A DNA stretch of 64,000 nt from a virus (IMGVR_UViG_3300036795_000115:4739-68738); one strand, 5' to 3'. Shown: positions 1 through 9,884, counted from the stretch's first letter. The notes: generated by a model from the letters alone, not told the origin. Translations and numbers: made by a program.

Positions 1-49
1 AGTGCACCCCCCGCGAGGACGTCCTCGCCCTGTTCGAGGAGGACCCGAC

Positions 50-205
50 GTGAAAGCTGATGAGTGCCCACGCTGCGGCAAACGCCTGCAGATCGTGCTC
101 GAGGCGCACCTCTGCGTAGATCGAATTCACTGCCAGTTCAGCGACCTCGACCACCGGCACCTGAACATCCTCCGCGACGCATTCGAACTTGTGGAGGCCG
201 CGTGA
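50..205 (+). CDS. small Cys/His-rich hypothetical protein
   Basis: GTG at 50 after GAGGAGG; CPRC motif; stop overlaps the next start. Confidence 0.55.
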   Translation: MKADECPRCGKRLQIVLEAHLCVDRIHCQFSDLDHRHLNILRDAFELVEAA

Positions 206-411
206 ACAACACCGACCCCACCATCAGCCAACGCCACGTCCAAATCCTCGCCCTCGTCGCCGAAGGCATGACCAACGCCCAAATCGGCGCCGAACTACAC
301 CTATCGCGGCACACCGTCAACACGCACCTCAAAGACTTCTACCGCCGCTTCGGGGCCAACGACCGAGCCCACGCCGTGCTACTGGCCATGCGGGCGGGGG
401 TGCTGCGGTGA
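202..411 (+). CDS. LuxR/GerE-family HTH transcription regulator
   Basis: ISQRHVQILALVAEGMTNAQIGAELHLSRHTVNTHLKDFYRRFGANDRAHAV is a canonical LuxR C-terminal HTH; GTG at 202 with GGAGG. Confidence 0.9.
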   Translation: MNNTDPTISQRHVQILALVAEGMTNAQIGAELHLSRHTVNTHLKDFYRRFGANDRAHAVLLAMRAGVLR

Positions 412-605
412 AGTGCGACGAATGCGGCGGAGCGCTCACCGACCGCAGCGAACTCGTGTACCTGCCCGACCTCGGCTACTTCCACCCGGACTGTCTGCAG
501 CGGTGCCCGTGCGGCATCGACTGGCCCGCATCAGCCCTGAAACACGCATTCGGCGACGTCCTACTGCTGTGCGCCGGCTGCGCCGAAGCCGCAGGTGCCG
601 CATGA
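408..605 (+). CDS. small zinc-finger-like protein
   Basis: CDECG...HPDC...CPC...CAGC; GTGA/ATGA coupled to its neighbours. Confidence 0.6.
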   Translation: MKCDECGGALTDRSELVYLPDLGYFHPDCLQRCPCGIDWPASALKHAFGDVLLLCAGCAEAAGAA

Positions 606-862
606 ACCTCACCTGGCAAAACCCGCCCGTGACCCAAGCCTCGCAAGCCGTCGTCTACCTCGACGAATCCCTCGCATTGAAAACGCAACCCGCCCGGTGG
701 GCGCTCCTGGTCTCGAAGAAAACACCACGCGCGGCCTGGTCAACCGCCTACGCCATCAACGTCGGCCAGCTCAAAGCGTTCCAACCCGCCGGGCACTTTC
801 AGGCCGCAGCCCGAGGCAAAGACGTGTACGCCCGCTACCTCGGCGAAGGGCAACTCCCATGA
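602..862 (+). CDS. hypothetical protein
   Basis: ATGA overlaps at both ends; ends ...KDVYARYLGE, a style common in actinophage small proteins. Confidence 0.7.
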   Translation: MNLTWQNPPVTQASQAVVYLDESLALKTQPARWALLVSKKTPRAAWSTAYAINVGQLKAFQPAGHFQAAARGKDVYARYLGEGQLP

Positions 863-1893
863 CCACCACCGACGCCTTCGACACCCCCATCCCACGCGAC
901 CGGTGGGGGAGACCCCTGGTCACACCCCCCAACGGCGGGAAACCTGTCGCCTACACCCGGTGCACCACCTTCGTCGGCTGCCTCGAAGACACCTACAACC
1001 TGTCGCTGTGGCAGCAACGCATGGTCGCATTAGGTCTCGCCGACCGCCCCGACCTCATGCTGTCCGTCGCCGCGCACCGCGACGACAAAAAGAAACTCAA
1101 CGAGCTCGTCGACCAAGCCCGCGAAGCAGCCGCCGCCACAGCAGCAGCAACCACCGGGACCGCGCTGCACACCCTCACCGAACGAGTCGACCGAAACGAA
1201 ACCCTGGGTGTCATCCCCGTCGCCTACCAAGCCGACCTCGACGCCTACCGCGACGCCACTTCACCGTTCACCGTTGAAACCATCGAACAATTCCGGGTCC
1301 AAGACGACCTGAAAATCGGTGGCACCACCGACCGCATCTTCGAATACCTCGGCACCCGCTACATCGGCGACGTCAAAACCGGGTCCATCGAATGGGGCAT
1401 CGGGAAAATCGCCATGCAGCTCGCCACCTACGCCAACTCCGTCCCCTACGACTGGGGCACCCGCCAACGCACCCCCGACCCCTGGCCCATCGACCTCGAC
1501 CGGGCCATCATCGTCCACCTCCCCGCCGGTCAAGGTGTGTGCAACCTTGTTTGGGTTGACATCAAAGCCGGGTGGGAAGCCGTCACCACCCTCGCCCAAC
1601 CAGTCAGAGCGTGGCGGTCACGGAAAAACCTGTCCGAACCATTCATACCCACCCCCCGGGCGGCGTTGACGGTCGTGCCGGAACCAGCCGCGCACAAAGC
1701 CAGCCCGAAACTCGTGGTCGTCGGGGCACCCCCGAAAACCGAGGATTTCCTGGTCGCCGTGGACAACTCAACCAGCCTCGACGACCTCACCGACATTTGG
1801 CGTCGCGCAACAGCGGCCAACGAGTGGACTGACGAACTCCTCCAAGCCTGCACCATGCGCAAAGCCAAAATTTTGATGGGCCCACTGCTGTGA
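859..1893 (+). CDS. PD-(D/E)XK (Cas4/RecB-like) exonuclease
   Basis: RDRWGRP N-terminus; GTALH, IGGTTDR, IGDVKTG and MQLATYA motifs. Confidence 0.85.
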   Translation: MTTTDAFDTPIPRDRWGRPLVTPPNGGKPVAYTRCTTFVGCLEDTYNLSLWQQRMVALGLADRPDLMLSVAAHRDDKKKLNELVDQAREAAAATAAATTGTALHTLTERVDRNETLGVIPVAYQADLDAYRDATSPFTVETIEQFRVQDDLKIGGTTDRIFEYLGTRYIGDVKTGSIEWGIGKIAMQLATYANSVPYDWGTRQRTPDPWPIDLDRAIIVHLPAGQGVCNLVWVDIKAGWEAVTTLAQPVRAWRSRKNLSEPFIPTPRAALTVVPEPAAHKASPKLVVVGAPPKTEDFLVAVDNSTSLDDLTDIWRRATAANEWTDELLQACTMRKAKILMGPLL

Positions 1894-2177
1894 TCGAACA
1901 ATCCACAGCAGCCAAGGCCGACACCTGCCCCCACTGCGGAACCCCGACCATCAAGTTCCGCATCAAAGTCGGATTCATCGTCCACCTCGAAGACCACGAC
2001 ATCCCCATCAACGTGGACCTCAACCACCCGAACGTACGGCACCGGGTGTGGAACTACCTAGGACCCCGGTTGGGCTGGGCACCCCAGTACTCGCCGGTCA
2101 GATCGTGGCAACCCTTGCGCCTCCAACACGAATGCGCAAGCCACGGGGAGCACCCACAAGAAGGAGTACAAGCATGA
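1890..2177 (+). CDS. hypothetical protein with CxxC and HxC motifs
   Basis: Coupled ORF; CPHCG...HEC. Confidence 0.65.
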   Translation: MIEQSTAAKADTCPHCGTPTIKFRIKVGFIVHLEDHDIPINVDLNHPNVRHRVWNYLGPRLGWAPQYSPVRSWQPLRLQHECASHGEHPQEGVQA

Positions 2178-2560
2178 GCACCGACATGTTCGACGGCCCA
2201 TCCAGCGCCACCGGGGTTGTCTGGGCAGACCTCAAAGACCGGCTGCTACTCATCAAGCCGTCCGAGGTCGCCAAGGAAATCCAAACCACCTTCGGGCCCA
2301 CCGACGCCATCCGGGCAGACGTCATCATCCTCGACGGCCCCGGCGCACCCGAAGTACACGCCGACACCCTCATCTTCCCCAGGGTCCTGCAATCCCAGGT
2401 CCGCTCCAACGTGGGCACCGGGCGCATGAACCTGGGCAGGTTGGGTCAAGGCAACAAGAAGCCTGGGCAGTCGGCGCCGTGGATGTTGGGTGACCCCACC
2501 GACGCCGACAAGGCAATCGCCAGGGCCTACATCAACGGGAACGCCCAGCCGCCGTTCTAA
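2174..2560 (+). CDS. putative ssDNA-binding / recombination accessory protein
   Basis: AAGGAG RBS; LGRLGQG-KPGQSAPW motif; C-terminal PPF like an SSB tail; follows the exonuclease. Confidence 0.6.
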   Translation: MSTDMFDGPSSATGVVWADLKDRLLLIKPSEVAKEIQTTFGPTDAIRADVIILDGPGAPEVHADTLIFPRVLQSQVRSNVGTGRMNLGRLGQGNKKPGQSAPWMLGDPTDADKAIARAYINGNAQPPF

Positions 2561-2576
2561 ACGGCAACCTCGGTCA

Positions 2577-2613
2577 CCGCCGGCCGTCCTTACCTATAGG
2601 ACGGCCGGCGGGT
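2577..2613 (+). terminator. stem-loop, probable terminator or RNA-stabilising hairpin
   Basis: CCGCCGGCCGTCCT-tacctat-AGGACGGCCGGCGG perfect inverted repeat. Confidence 0.6.
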
Positions 2614-2656
2614 GACCCCGCCAACCTTCACAGCTCCCCGCTACCGGAGGCCCGTC

Positions 2657-3436
2657 ATGCACAACTACTCAACCTGCGCCACATGCGGTGAGCTGATGGA
2701 AGTCACCGAATACGACCAGCGCGCACACCCCATGTGCGAGTACACCCCCGACGTGCTCACCGCACTCATCGCAGACTTCGTGGCGGCGGCAACCACAGGC
2801 AACGACGACCTCGCCGACCAACTCGAACACGCCATCCACCTGTACGAAACCGCCCCACCACAGTTCGGTGCAGCAGCACTCGCCTACGCCGCATGGGGAT
2901 GGCCCGTGTTCCCACTCCGGGCAAAAGGGAAAATCCCGCTCGGCAAATGCGGCGACTGCCGAACCACCAAATGCGACGGCCCCACCACATGCGGGCACCA
3001 ACTATGCCACGGGTTCAAAGACGCCACCACCAACCCCAACCGCATCCGCGAATGGTGGACCGAACACCCCCAAGCCAACATTGGGCTCGCCACCGGGCAC
3101 ACCTTCGACGTCGTCGACGTAGACCTCCACGACCCCGAACGCCCCAACAAGCCCAACGGGATCTGGGCGTGGTTCGACCTCGAAAACGACCCCGCACACC
3201 CACCCGTCCACGGTGTCGTCACCACCCCCTCAGGACGACACCTGTACGTCACCCCCACCGGCGGTGGGAATCTCGCCGGCGTGTTCCCCGGCATCGACTA
3301 CCGAGGTGTCGGCGGATACGTCGTCGCACCACCCTCCGTCAGGGAGAACGGCGTCCGCTACCAGTGGTCCATGCGGCCATCACCCCAAATCACCGATGCC
3401 ACCAAAAGCGCCGGTGAGAGGCTGAAAGCCGCCTAA
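2657..3436 (+). CDS. bifunctional DNA primase/polymerase (Prim-Pol) domain protein
   Basis: YAAWGWPVFPL, HGFKDATT, ANIGLATG, VVDVD, TPSGRHLY, IDYRGVGGYVVAPPS. Confidence 0.92.
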   Translation: MHNYSTCATCGELMEVTEYDQRAHPMCEYTPDVLTALIADFVAAATTGNDDLADQLEHAIHLYETAPPQFGAAALAYAAWGWPVFPLRAKGKIPLGKCGDCRTTKCDGPTTCGHQLCHGFKDATTNPNRIREWWTEHPQANIGLATGHTFDVVDVDLHDPERPNKPNGIWAWFDLENDPAHPPVHGVVTTPSGRHLYVTPTGGGNLAGVFPGIDYRGVGGYVVAPPSVRENGVRYQWSMRPSPQITDATKSAGERLKAA

Positions 3437-3439
3437 CCC

Positions 3440-4915
3440 ATGGCCAACGAGGACCACCCCTACGCGGCTGCGTTCGCCCACCGCAACCCCAAACCGACAC
3501 CACCCACCAACGGTGTCGTCACCCCCATCCTCTCCGCCGTACCCGCCGGCGACCCCGGGGCCGCCCGCTACGCCCAAGCCGCCCTCGCCAAAGAATGCGA
3601 CACCCTCGCCATCACCGGCGAAGGACAACGCAACCACGCCCTGAACAAAGCCGGATTCAACATTGCGCAGCTGGTAGCCTCCGGACACCTGAACGCGGTG
3701 GAAGCGGAAGAGGAACTCACCCAAGCAGCACTGTCCTGCGGGCTCGGGCTCACAGAAATCCGCACCACCCTCGGCAGTGCGTTCGAAGCCGGCGCCAAAC
3801 ACCCCCGCGCAGTCCCCGAACGCGAGCAGCCCACCAACGGCACCGACTTCGGCCCCGGGGTCCGTGTGGTCAGCGAAAACGACCTGCAACTCGAAGGTGA
3901 AGGCGACCCGTTCCGCCACGGTGTCGACGGGGCCACATTCGTCTTCCAGGTCGCAAGCCACGAAAAAGCGTTGTGGGGATCCAAAGATCAGGTCATCTGG
4001 TCCCCCGGGGAAGCCCTCATCATCACCGGAGCCCCCGGAGTGGGGAAAACAACCACCGTGCAGCAGCTGATCTTGGCCCGGGTCGGGTTGGCCGACCAAT
4101 TCCTCGGGTTCGACGTCGAACACACCAACAGCAAAGTGTTGTACCTGGCCATGGACCGACCCCGCCAGATCGCCCGATCCATGCGCCGCATGGTCGATGA
4201 AGGAGACCGGCAACTCCTAGAAGAACGACTGACGGTGTGGAAGGGGCCGCTCCCATATGACGTCGCCGACCGGTCCGATGTGTTACTTCGGATGGCCGAG
4301 CACTACGGGGCCGACACCATCATTGTGGACTCCGTCAAAGACGCCGCCCTGGGCCTATCGGACTCCGAGCGGGCCGGGAAGTACAACCGTGCCCGGCAGC
4401 GCGCGTTGGCCGGTGGCATCGAGATCGTGGAGATCGCCCACCAGGTCAAAAAAGGCACTGCCGGGGCCGCCCCGAAGACCCTCGCCGACGTCCACGGTGG
4501 CATGGAGCTCACCGCCGGCGCCGGGTCCGTGGTGCTCATTTGGGGGGAGGCAGGTGACCCCATTGTGGAGTTCCTTCACCTGAAGCAACCGGCCGAAGTG
4601 GTGGGGCCGTTGACGTTGGTTCACAACCATGAGGCGGGGCGGACGACGCTCGAAAATCGGGCCGATGAGGCTGACGTTTTGCGGGGGGAGCACTGGAAGT
4701 TGTGGACCATCTCCGATGTTGCGGTGGCGCTGTCCGATTCGGACAGGAAGCCGTCTAAGTCGGTGGTTGAGCGGACCCGGCGGAAGCTCGAGAAGCTCGT
4801 CGAAAACCACCTTGCGGTGAAGGTTCGCGGGGACCTTAACGCTCGTGGTGGTTCCCCTGAGTGGCGTTACCGGTGGGCGGAGTCGCCGCCGGAGACGTCC
4901 TGGGGCCCGGAATGA
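3440..4915 (+). CDS. RecA-like/SF4 replicative helicase (AAA_25-like)
   Basis: Walker A GAPGVGKTT; VLYLAMD; Walker B IIVDS; AHQVK; follows Prim-Pol. Confidence 0.85.
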   Translation: MANEDHPYAAAFAHRNPKPTPPTNGVVTPILSAVPAGDPGAARYAQAALAKECDTLAITGEGQRNHALNKAGFNIAQLVASGHLNAVEAEEELTQAALSCGLGLTEIRTTLGSAFEAGAKHPRAVPEREQPTNGTDFGPGVRVVSENDLQLEGEGDPFRHGVDGATFVFQVASHEKALWGSKDQVIWSPGEALIITGAPGVGKTTTVQQLILARVGLADQFLGFDVEHTNSKVLYLAMDRPRQIARSMRRMVDEGDRQLLEERLTVWKGPLPYDVADRSDVLLRMAEHYGADTIIVDSVKDAALGLSDSERAGKYNRARQRALAGGIEIVEIAHQVKKGTAGAAPKTLADVHGGMELTAGAGSVVLIWGEAGDPIVEFLHLKQPAEVVGPLTLVHNHEAGRTTLENRADEADVLRGEHWKLWTISDVAVALSDSDRKPSKSVVERTRRKLEKLVENHLAVKVRGDLNARGGSPEWRYRWAESPPETSWGPE

Positions 4916-4926
4916 GCCCTGATTAC

Positions 4927-5078
4927 CAGTCACGCGCCCAGTCACGCCAGTCACGGTCCAGTCACGCGTCAAGTCACGCCAGTCACGAAAAAACTATAAC
5001 CGCAGGTCAGCCAGTCACGCGCCCAGTCACGGTTCGCCACCAGCAGTCACGCCCGCACCCCCCTCTAGAGGGGGTGCG
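4927..5078. repeat. iteron-like CAGTCACG repeats plus hairpin; candidate replication origin
   Basis: About 9 copies of (C/A)AGTCACG around an A-tract (GAAAAAACTATAA), followed by GCACCCCCTCTAGAGGGGGTGC-like dyad. Confidence 0.7.
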
Positions 5079-5132
5079 GCGCGCGTGGCCGCACGCGAAT
5101 AGCACAGCTTCACCGCCAAGGGAAGAGGCAAA

Positions 5133-5519
5133 ATGACATCCGCCAACAAACGCAAAGGTGATCAGGCTGAGCGGGCCGTCCAAGCCGCCCTGCACAAGCT
5201 CGGTTTCCCGTGGTGTGAGAAAACCCGCGCCGGCTACGCCCGTGATGCGGGAGACCTGCATTTGGTGCCCGGCCCAGCGGCCATCGCTCAGGTGAAGAAC
5301 GTCCGCACCCCCCGCTGGGCCGAGTGGCTCGAAGGACTCGACGCCCAGATTGATGAGGCGAAAGCCGACGTCGGGTTTCTGGTGTGGAAACGGGTCGGCA
5401 TCGGTGACACCCGGGCGAACGAGTGGCTCGCGGTGATGACCTTGGAGCAGATGGCGATGTTGCTGCGCCGCGCCGGCTACGGGCACCCCGTGGACGAGGA
5501 CGAGGATGAGGTGGCCTGA
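5133..5519 (+). CDS. Holliday junction resolvase (Hjc-like PD-(D/E)XK)
   Basis: NKRKGDQAER, DAGDL, AQVKN, LVWKR motifs. Confidence 0.8.
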   Translation: MTSANKRKGDQAERAVQAALHKLGFPWCEKTRAGYARDAGDLHLVPGPAAIAQVKNVRTPRWAEWLEGLDAQIDEAKADVGFLVWKRVGIGDTRANEWLAVMTLEQMAMLLRRAGYGHPVDEDEDEVA

Positions 5520-5918
5520 ATGACCGTCGACCCGTTCAACGCCGGCGCCGGCTACACCCTGGACTCGGTCGCGGAGCCGGACCGTCAACGCCGCGCCGCC
5601 CTCGCCGTGATGCACAAGTTCCGGGGCACCGAGGACATGTGGCCGGTGCTGTCCGTGCTGGGCTTGACCGACACGGCCGAGGAGATGCTCACCAGACGCG
5701 CCCTGAGGCTCACGCACACCGATCCCCTACCCGCGACACCTCCGGCGCCTGAAAGTCCCGTAGCGGACGAACCAGGGCCTTGCAGCCGGGTGATTTGGTG
5801 CGGGTCCGGCGACCACCTGCTCCCCGGGGGCCGGGGTGAGTGCCAGCCGTGCCGCAAACGACGGCGACTTGCCCGGCGGGCCGCCCGGAAGTCTGTGGGC
5901 CTGGAGGCGGCGCAGTGA
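5520..5918 (+). CDS. hypothetical protein
   Basis: Coupled ORF with C-terminal C..GH..C..C motif. Confidence 0.65.
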   Translation: MTVDPFNAGAGYTLDSVAEPDRQRRAALAVMHKFRGTEDMWPVLSVLGLTDTAEEMLTRRALRLTHTDPLPATPPAPESPVADEPGPCSRVIWCGSGDHLLPGGRGECQPCRKRRRLARRAARKSVGLEAAQ

Positions 5919-6283
5919 GTGAACAGCCGCAGCGCGAATGCACTTGCACCCAGGGGCCCGACTACGAGGGTCCGTGTTCGTGGTGCGACGTTCATGGTCA
6001 GCCGTCGGTGGCGCACAGGCAGGGCGTCGATGCCGGCTATCAGGAGGCCAAGTTCGGCTACGAGTTGGATGCGGCGGCGAGCGCGCGGGGGATTCAGGAG
6101 GCGCGCGCCGAGCGGGACGCGCTCAAGGCCCGGGTGGAGCAGCTAACCGCCGCGCTGTTCGAACTCACCGCTATCGCTGACCGCGTAATCCACCGCGAAG
6201 GCAACCATGGGGTGACCTGGATGGGGCTGCTGACTAACAAGGTCGCCGAGTCTCGTGCGGTGCTGGCAAAGGTGGCGAAGTGA
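5915..6283 (+). CDS. hypothetical coiled-coil protein
   Basis: GTGA overlap; CTC...CDVHG then heptads. Confidence 0.65.
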   Translation: MSEQPQRECTCTQGPDYEGPCSWCDVHGQPSVAHRQGVDAGYQEAKFGYELDAAASARGIQEARAERDALKARVEQLTAALFELTAIADRVIHREGNHGVTWMGLLTNKVAESRAVLAKVAK

Positions 6284-6433
6284 CCGCGCCGACGCTCGAC
6301 GAGGTCGACCTCACCCGTGACCCCGGGCATCGCCCGTTCTGCTGGTGCCACAACCACGCCGACGCGGACGGCGTATTCCACTGGAGCGGCGAGCTGCCCG
6401 CGCTGCGGTTCCCACTCGAGGGGGAGGACGCCC

Positions 6434-6703
6434 GTGACTGAGCCGACGATGCTTGTTCCCGTCAGGAAGTACGCGTGCGGCAACCTGGCGTGTGGATTTT
6501 TCGGGTTGCTGAAGGACCCGGACATTTGGCCAGCCACATGCGGCGACGGCTGCGGCGGATTCATCTGGCCGAACATCCCGTGCTCCGGGTGCGGCCAGAA
6601 CTTTGAGACGGCCGCGGAACGGTTCGAGGAAGTTCTGTACGGCTGGACGCCGGGTATCGCGCAGTTCGGTGCCGGCCCGCTGTCTTCTCCTGGCACTACG
6701 TGA
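6434..6703 (+). CDS. Cys-rich hypothetical protein
   Basis: GGAGG RBS then GTG. Confidence 0.55.
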   Translation: MTEPTMLVPVRKYACGNLACGFFGLLKDPDIWPATCGDGCGGFIWPNIPCSGCGQNFETAAERFEEVLYGWTPGIAQFGAGPLSSPGTT

Positions 6704-6719
6704 ACAGGGGGACCGGATC

Positions 6720-7091
6720 ATGAACGAATCGAGTGAGGCGTTCGCGCAGGCGATCGAGTCCCTCTGCGAGAAGGGGGAATTCGATTCCGTTGCCTATGAA
6801 CTGGACCGGATATCCAGCGCACTCACCGTGTGTGCGGATAAGTTGCGGGCACGGAAGACGCTGGTACCCCCTCCGGCGCTGACGCGGATGCCCGTCTCGA
6901 AGATGATCTTTCATCTGACGCGCCCCGGGGAGAGGGTGACCGCCAAGGAATTGGCTTTTAGGGCCGTTGAGGTTGGCGCTTACGCGACCCCATCGGCGAT
7001 CACCATGGCCCTGATCAGGGCCGAGAGGGCCGGGAAGGTAGTTCGAGTCTCCACGGGCTGCTACCGGCTGGTCGCCGAGGACACCCCGTGA
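6720..7091 (+). CDS. putative winged-helix DNA-binding protein
   Basis: C-terminal AITMALIRAERAGKVVRVSTGCYRL wHTH-like wing. Confidence 0.55.
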   Translation: MNESSEAFAQAIESLCEKGEFDSVAYELDRISSALTVCADKLRARKTLVPPPALTRMPVSKMIFHLTRPGERVTAKELAFRAVEVGAYATPSAITMALIRAERAGKVVRVSTGCYRLVAEDTP

Positions 7092-7248
7092 CCGCGCACC
7101 GCATCCGCATCCGTGGCCTGCGCATCCACCACGGCTGGTACTGGCAAGCCTCGTGCGCGGTGTGTGGCCCGCACCAGGCCGGCGCCCGGGTGTGGGCGGA
7201 TCTTGTGGAGTGGGCTGTGGCGCACTACGCGAACAGGAGGACGGGACC

Positions 7249-7437
7249 ATGAGGCGCTTTCGACGGCAGCGACAAATGCTCTGCGCCAAGGGCGGCAAGT
7301 TCACCTACCGCGACCGGCTCGCGGCGGTCATGGCCCTGGCGGAGGTAGCCAGCAAGGGCCGGGACGAGAGCCAGGTTTACCGGTGCCCGGGTACCAGCCA
7401 TTGGCATCTGACCAGCCAGGAACGGCACACCCAGTGA
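7249..7437 (+). CDS. small actinophage protein (YRCP..WHLTS)
   Basis: GGAGG RBS; recognisable C-terminal motif. Confidence 0.7.
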   Translation: MRRFRRQRQMLCAKGGKFTYRDRLAAVMALAEVASKGRDESQVYRCPGTSHWHLTSQERHTQ

Positions 7438-7712
7438 CCCCCCTGAAGCTCCTCGCCATCGCCGTCGCCACCCTCCCCATCACCCTGCCCCTCGCCGGCT
7501 GGCTCATCACCCGCCACGACCCGCCCCCGCACAGCAGCGAACGCACCGTCGCGATGGGCCGCCACCCGTCCGCCCGGGTGCGGGGGAGGGCGATGTTCAA
7601 GGCCCCGTGCTGCGGGTCGGTCCTGATCGGGGCGGACCCGATTGATCTGGTGGCGGTGACGTTGCACCACGAATCGACTTGTTTGCGGAATGAAACGGAG
7701 AACGCGGCGTGA
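7434..7712 (+). CDS. membrane protein
   Basis: N-terminal hydrophobic helix; coupled ORF. Confidence 0.55.
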   Translation: MTPLKLLAIAVATLPITLPLAGWLITRHDPPPHSSERTVAMGRHPSARVRGRAMFKAPCCGSVLIGADPIDLVAVTLHHESTCLRNETENAA

Positions 7713-8041
7713 GCATCTGGCATCTAGTCGACGACACGGTTGTGCGACTCGGACTGCTGCTAACCGTTCTCTGGATCGGTCGGCTGTCAACTCGCATCAA
7801 AGCGCTCGAACTGCGGGAGGACGCGCAGAACAAGGTGCTCCGCATTTTCGATGTGAGAACTCGTGCACAATCCCGCTACCTGCGGATCTCCGTCAAGGAT
7901 CGCATCATCTGGTCAGACGACCACCACCGGCGAATCAAGGCGCTCGAGCGCGTTGGGCACAGCCACGCGGAGATGAACCTCGAGAAGCCGACGTACCACG
8001 TGTACATCGACGCGAAGGACATTCCGCCGAAGCCGGAGTAG
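7709..8041 (+). CDS. membrane-anchored hypothetical protein
   Basis: N-terminal TM segment; coupled ORF. Confidence 0.6.
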   Translation: MSIWHLVDDTVVRLGLLLTVLWIGRLSTRIKALELREDAQNKVLRIFDVRTRAQSRYLRISVKDRIIWSDDHHRRIKALERVGHSHAEMNLEKPTYHVYIDAKDIPPKPE

Positions 8042-8053
8042 CCCCCGTGGGTG

Positions 8054-8083
8054 GTCTCTCCGACCCGAGGAAGTCGGAGAGAT
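8054..8083 (+). terminator. stem-loop
   Basis: GTCTCTCCGAC-loop-GTCGGAGAGAT. Confidence 0.5.
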
Positions 8084-8130
8084 TCCAGCACCCGTACTAG
8101 TTCTGATGATCACCTGACTGTGTCGGGGAG

Positions 8131-8985
8131 ATGACCACCGCCGCGAAGTATGCCATCCGCGTCCCGGAGGTCGTGTTGAGCCCCATCTGCAGCTCCCCGC
8201 ACTGCGCATTCCCCCAGCACAACGGATACCTCTGCCGCAACTGCACCGACACTGTGCGCCGAGACCTCGCGGCGATCCCGTGGCTCCTCGAAGACCTCGA
8301 AGTCACCATCACCCGCCAAGACCGACTCTCCGACCCCACCGGCCGATCCGGCGACGAACGCCCACTCCCGATCCGCATCAACGCCATGGAAGCCCGCCGC
8401 GACTTGGGCGCCACCCTCGCGGCGTGGGCCATGCACATCGCCGGCCGCCTCGACGGGCTGGACCGGGACACGATCTGGACCGAACTCCGCCTGGCGAACT
8501 ACCTGCTCGACCATGTGGGCACCATCCTCACCGACCCGGCCGCCGGGCAGATCGCGGACGAGATCGGGAACGCGAGGGGGTTGGCGCAACGGACGATCGA
8601 CCACCCGGTGCAGCGCGTGTTCGCCGGGCCGTGCGAGGACTGCGACAAAGACCTCTACGCCCACCCTCGGGCCGCTGAGGTGGCGTGTAAGACCCCGGAC
8701 TGCGGGGCCATCTACCCGATTGAGGCTCGGCGGCGGTGGCTGCTGGGAAAAGCTGAGGACCAGCTGCTCACCGCCGTGGAACTATCACGGGCGCTACCTG
8801 GTCTGCTGCGTCGACCGCTCACCGCCGCGATGATCCGGGGGTATGCGTTCCGGGGGAGACTGACCCAGCACCCGCCGCTGAAGCTCAAGGGGCCGCCGTT
8901 GTACAAATGCGGGGATGTTCTCTCACTTTTGAACGAGATCGCCGAGGACGAAGCGCGCGGCCGACCGAAGGATCTTGCGTCATGA
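8131..8985 (+). CDS. Zn-ribbon/HTH protein, putative late-gene regulator (real start may be 8173 or 8176)
   Basis: CxxC pairs, LC..C, GPC.DC...LYA, C-terminal MerR-like HTH (LYKCGDVL); lies at the end of the early region. Confidence 0.65.
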   Translation: MTTAAKYAIRVPEVVLSPICSSPHCAFPQHNGYLCRNCTDTVRRDLAAIPWLLEDLEVTITRQDRLSDPTGRSGDERPLPIRINAMEARRDLGATLAAWAMHIAGRLDGLDRDTIWTELRLANYLLDHVGTILTDPAAGQIADEIGNARGLAQRTIDHPVQRVFAGPCEDCDKDLYAHPRAAEVACKTPDCGAIYPIEARRRWLLGKAEDQLLTAVELSRALPGLLRRPLTAAMIRGYAFRGRLTQHPPLKLKGPPLYKCGDVLSLLNEIAEDEARGRPKDLAS

Positions 8986-9060
8986 CCGATGGACAGCCGT
9001 TCAGTCGCATGAGCCACCTCGATCATTCCTAATGAGTTGCGTCCACTCTTCGGAGGAGTC

Positions 9061-9540
9061 ATGACCGACGAACATGTGCCGCCGAACTTCCTGCAGCCGG
9101 AGGCGATCGTTGAGTTTCTGGCAACGAACGCGCGGGTACTAGCGGAGCGTTCAAGGCAACCTGTCACCGACGAGAAGCTGCCGGACTTCGAAGCGGAGAT
9201 GCGCAAAGAAGGCGAGGCGCGCGGGTACCCGATCAGCGCCGAGCGTGTCGGCGACGTCCTGCGCAGGTGTGGACGCGGGGAAGAACTAGACCGGCACATC
9301 GCTGAACGCGAGGCGCGAGACGCCGCCTACCTACTGATCGCGCTGAATGTGGTCAACGAGCACAACGCACTGGTCATCCAGGCGACGGGCCTACGCCGGC
9401 GCATCCTCGAGCTGCACGGACCTGACGTGGCCTTCGGCGAGGCGTGGTGTCGAGGGTGCGACAGCGGCGAGGACGACTACAACTCGCCCCACTTCCCCTG
9501 TACCACCTACACCCTTGCGCGAGACTGGATGGACTCATGA
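9061..9540 (+). CDS. hypothetical protein (DUF6221-like C-terminus)
   Basis: RRRILELH...CRGC...PCTTYTLA. Confidence 0.6.
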   Translation: MTDEHVPPNFLQPEAIVEFLATNARVLAERSRQPVTDEKLPDFEAEMRKEGEARGYPISAERVGDVLRRCGRGEELDRHIAEREARDAAYLLIALNVVNEHNALVIQATGLRRRILELHGPDVAFGEAWCRGCDSGEDDYNSPHFPCTTYTLARDWMDS

Positions 9541-9881
9541 CCGAGTCGTACACACCCGAGGAGCTCGCTACTTCACTGCTGCTGTCGGCGTCGTACCGTA
9601 GAGAAGACGGTCTTACTCCCAGGCAGCGGGGAATCCTCGCCGACCAACGCCGCATGCGGGACGAGTACGCAGTGTGGCGAGAGCAAGCGATCGCGGAGCA
9701 CCAGCGACTGATGGAAACCGCCACTGGGCACCGACGTGAAATCCTCGACATGCACGGCCCCGTGCTGGGCTACGACAAGCTGATCTGTACCGCGTGCGGT
9801 AACGACTGCTGTGGTGGGGTGTGCGACTCAACTCGGCACCCGTGCTCGACCTACACCCTTGCGCTCAGCTGGGAAGAGTGA
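9537..9881 (+). CDS. paralog of the preceding gene
   Basis: RREILDMHGP...CTAC...PCSTYTLA. Confidence 0.6.
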   Translation: MTESYTPEELATSLLLSASYRREDGLTPRQRGILADQRRMRDEYAVWREQAIAEHQRLMETATGHRREILDMHGPVLGYDKLICTACGNDCCGGVCDSTRHPCSTYTLALSWEE

Positions 9882-9884
9882 TAT

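Noticed and set aside
859-1893. Cas4 as the adaptation module of the repeat system
   Set aside because: It lacks an evident Fe-S cysteine set and sits with SSB-like and primase genes, so it is better explained as an ordinary phage recombination exonuclease.
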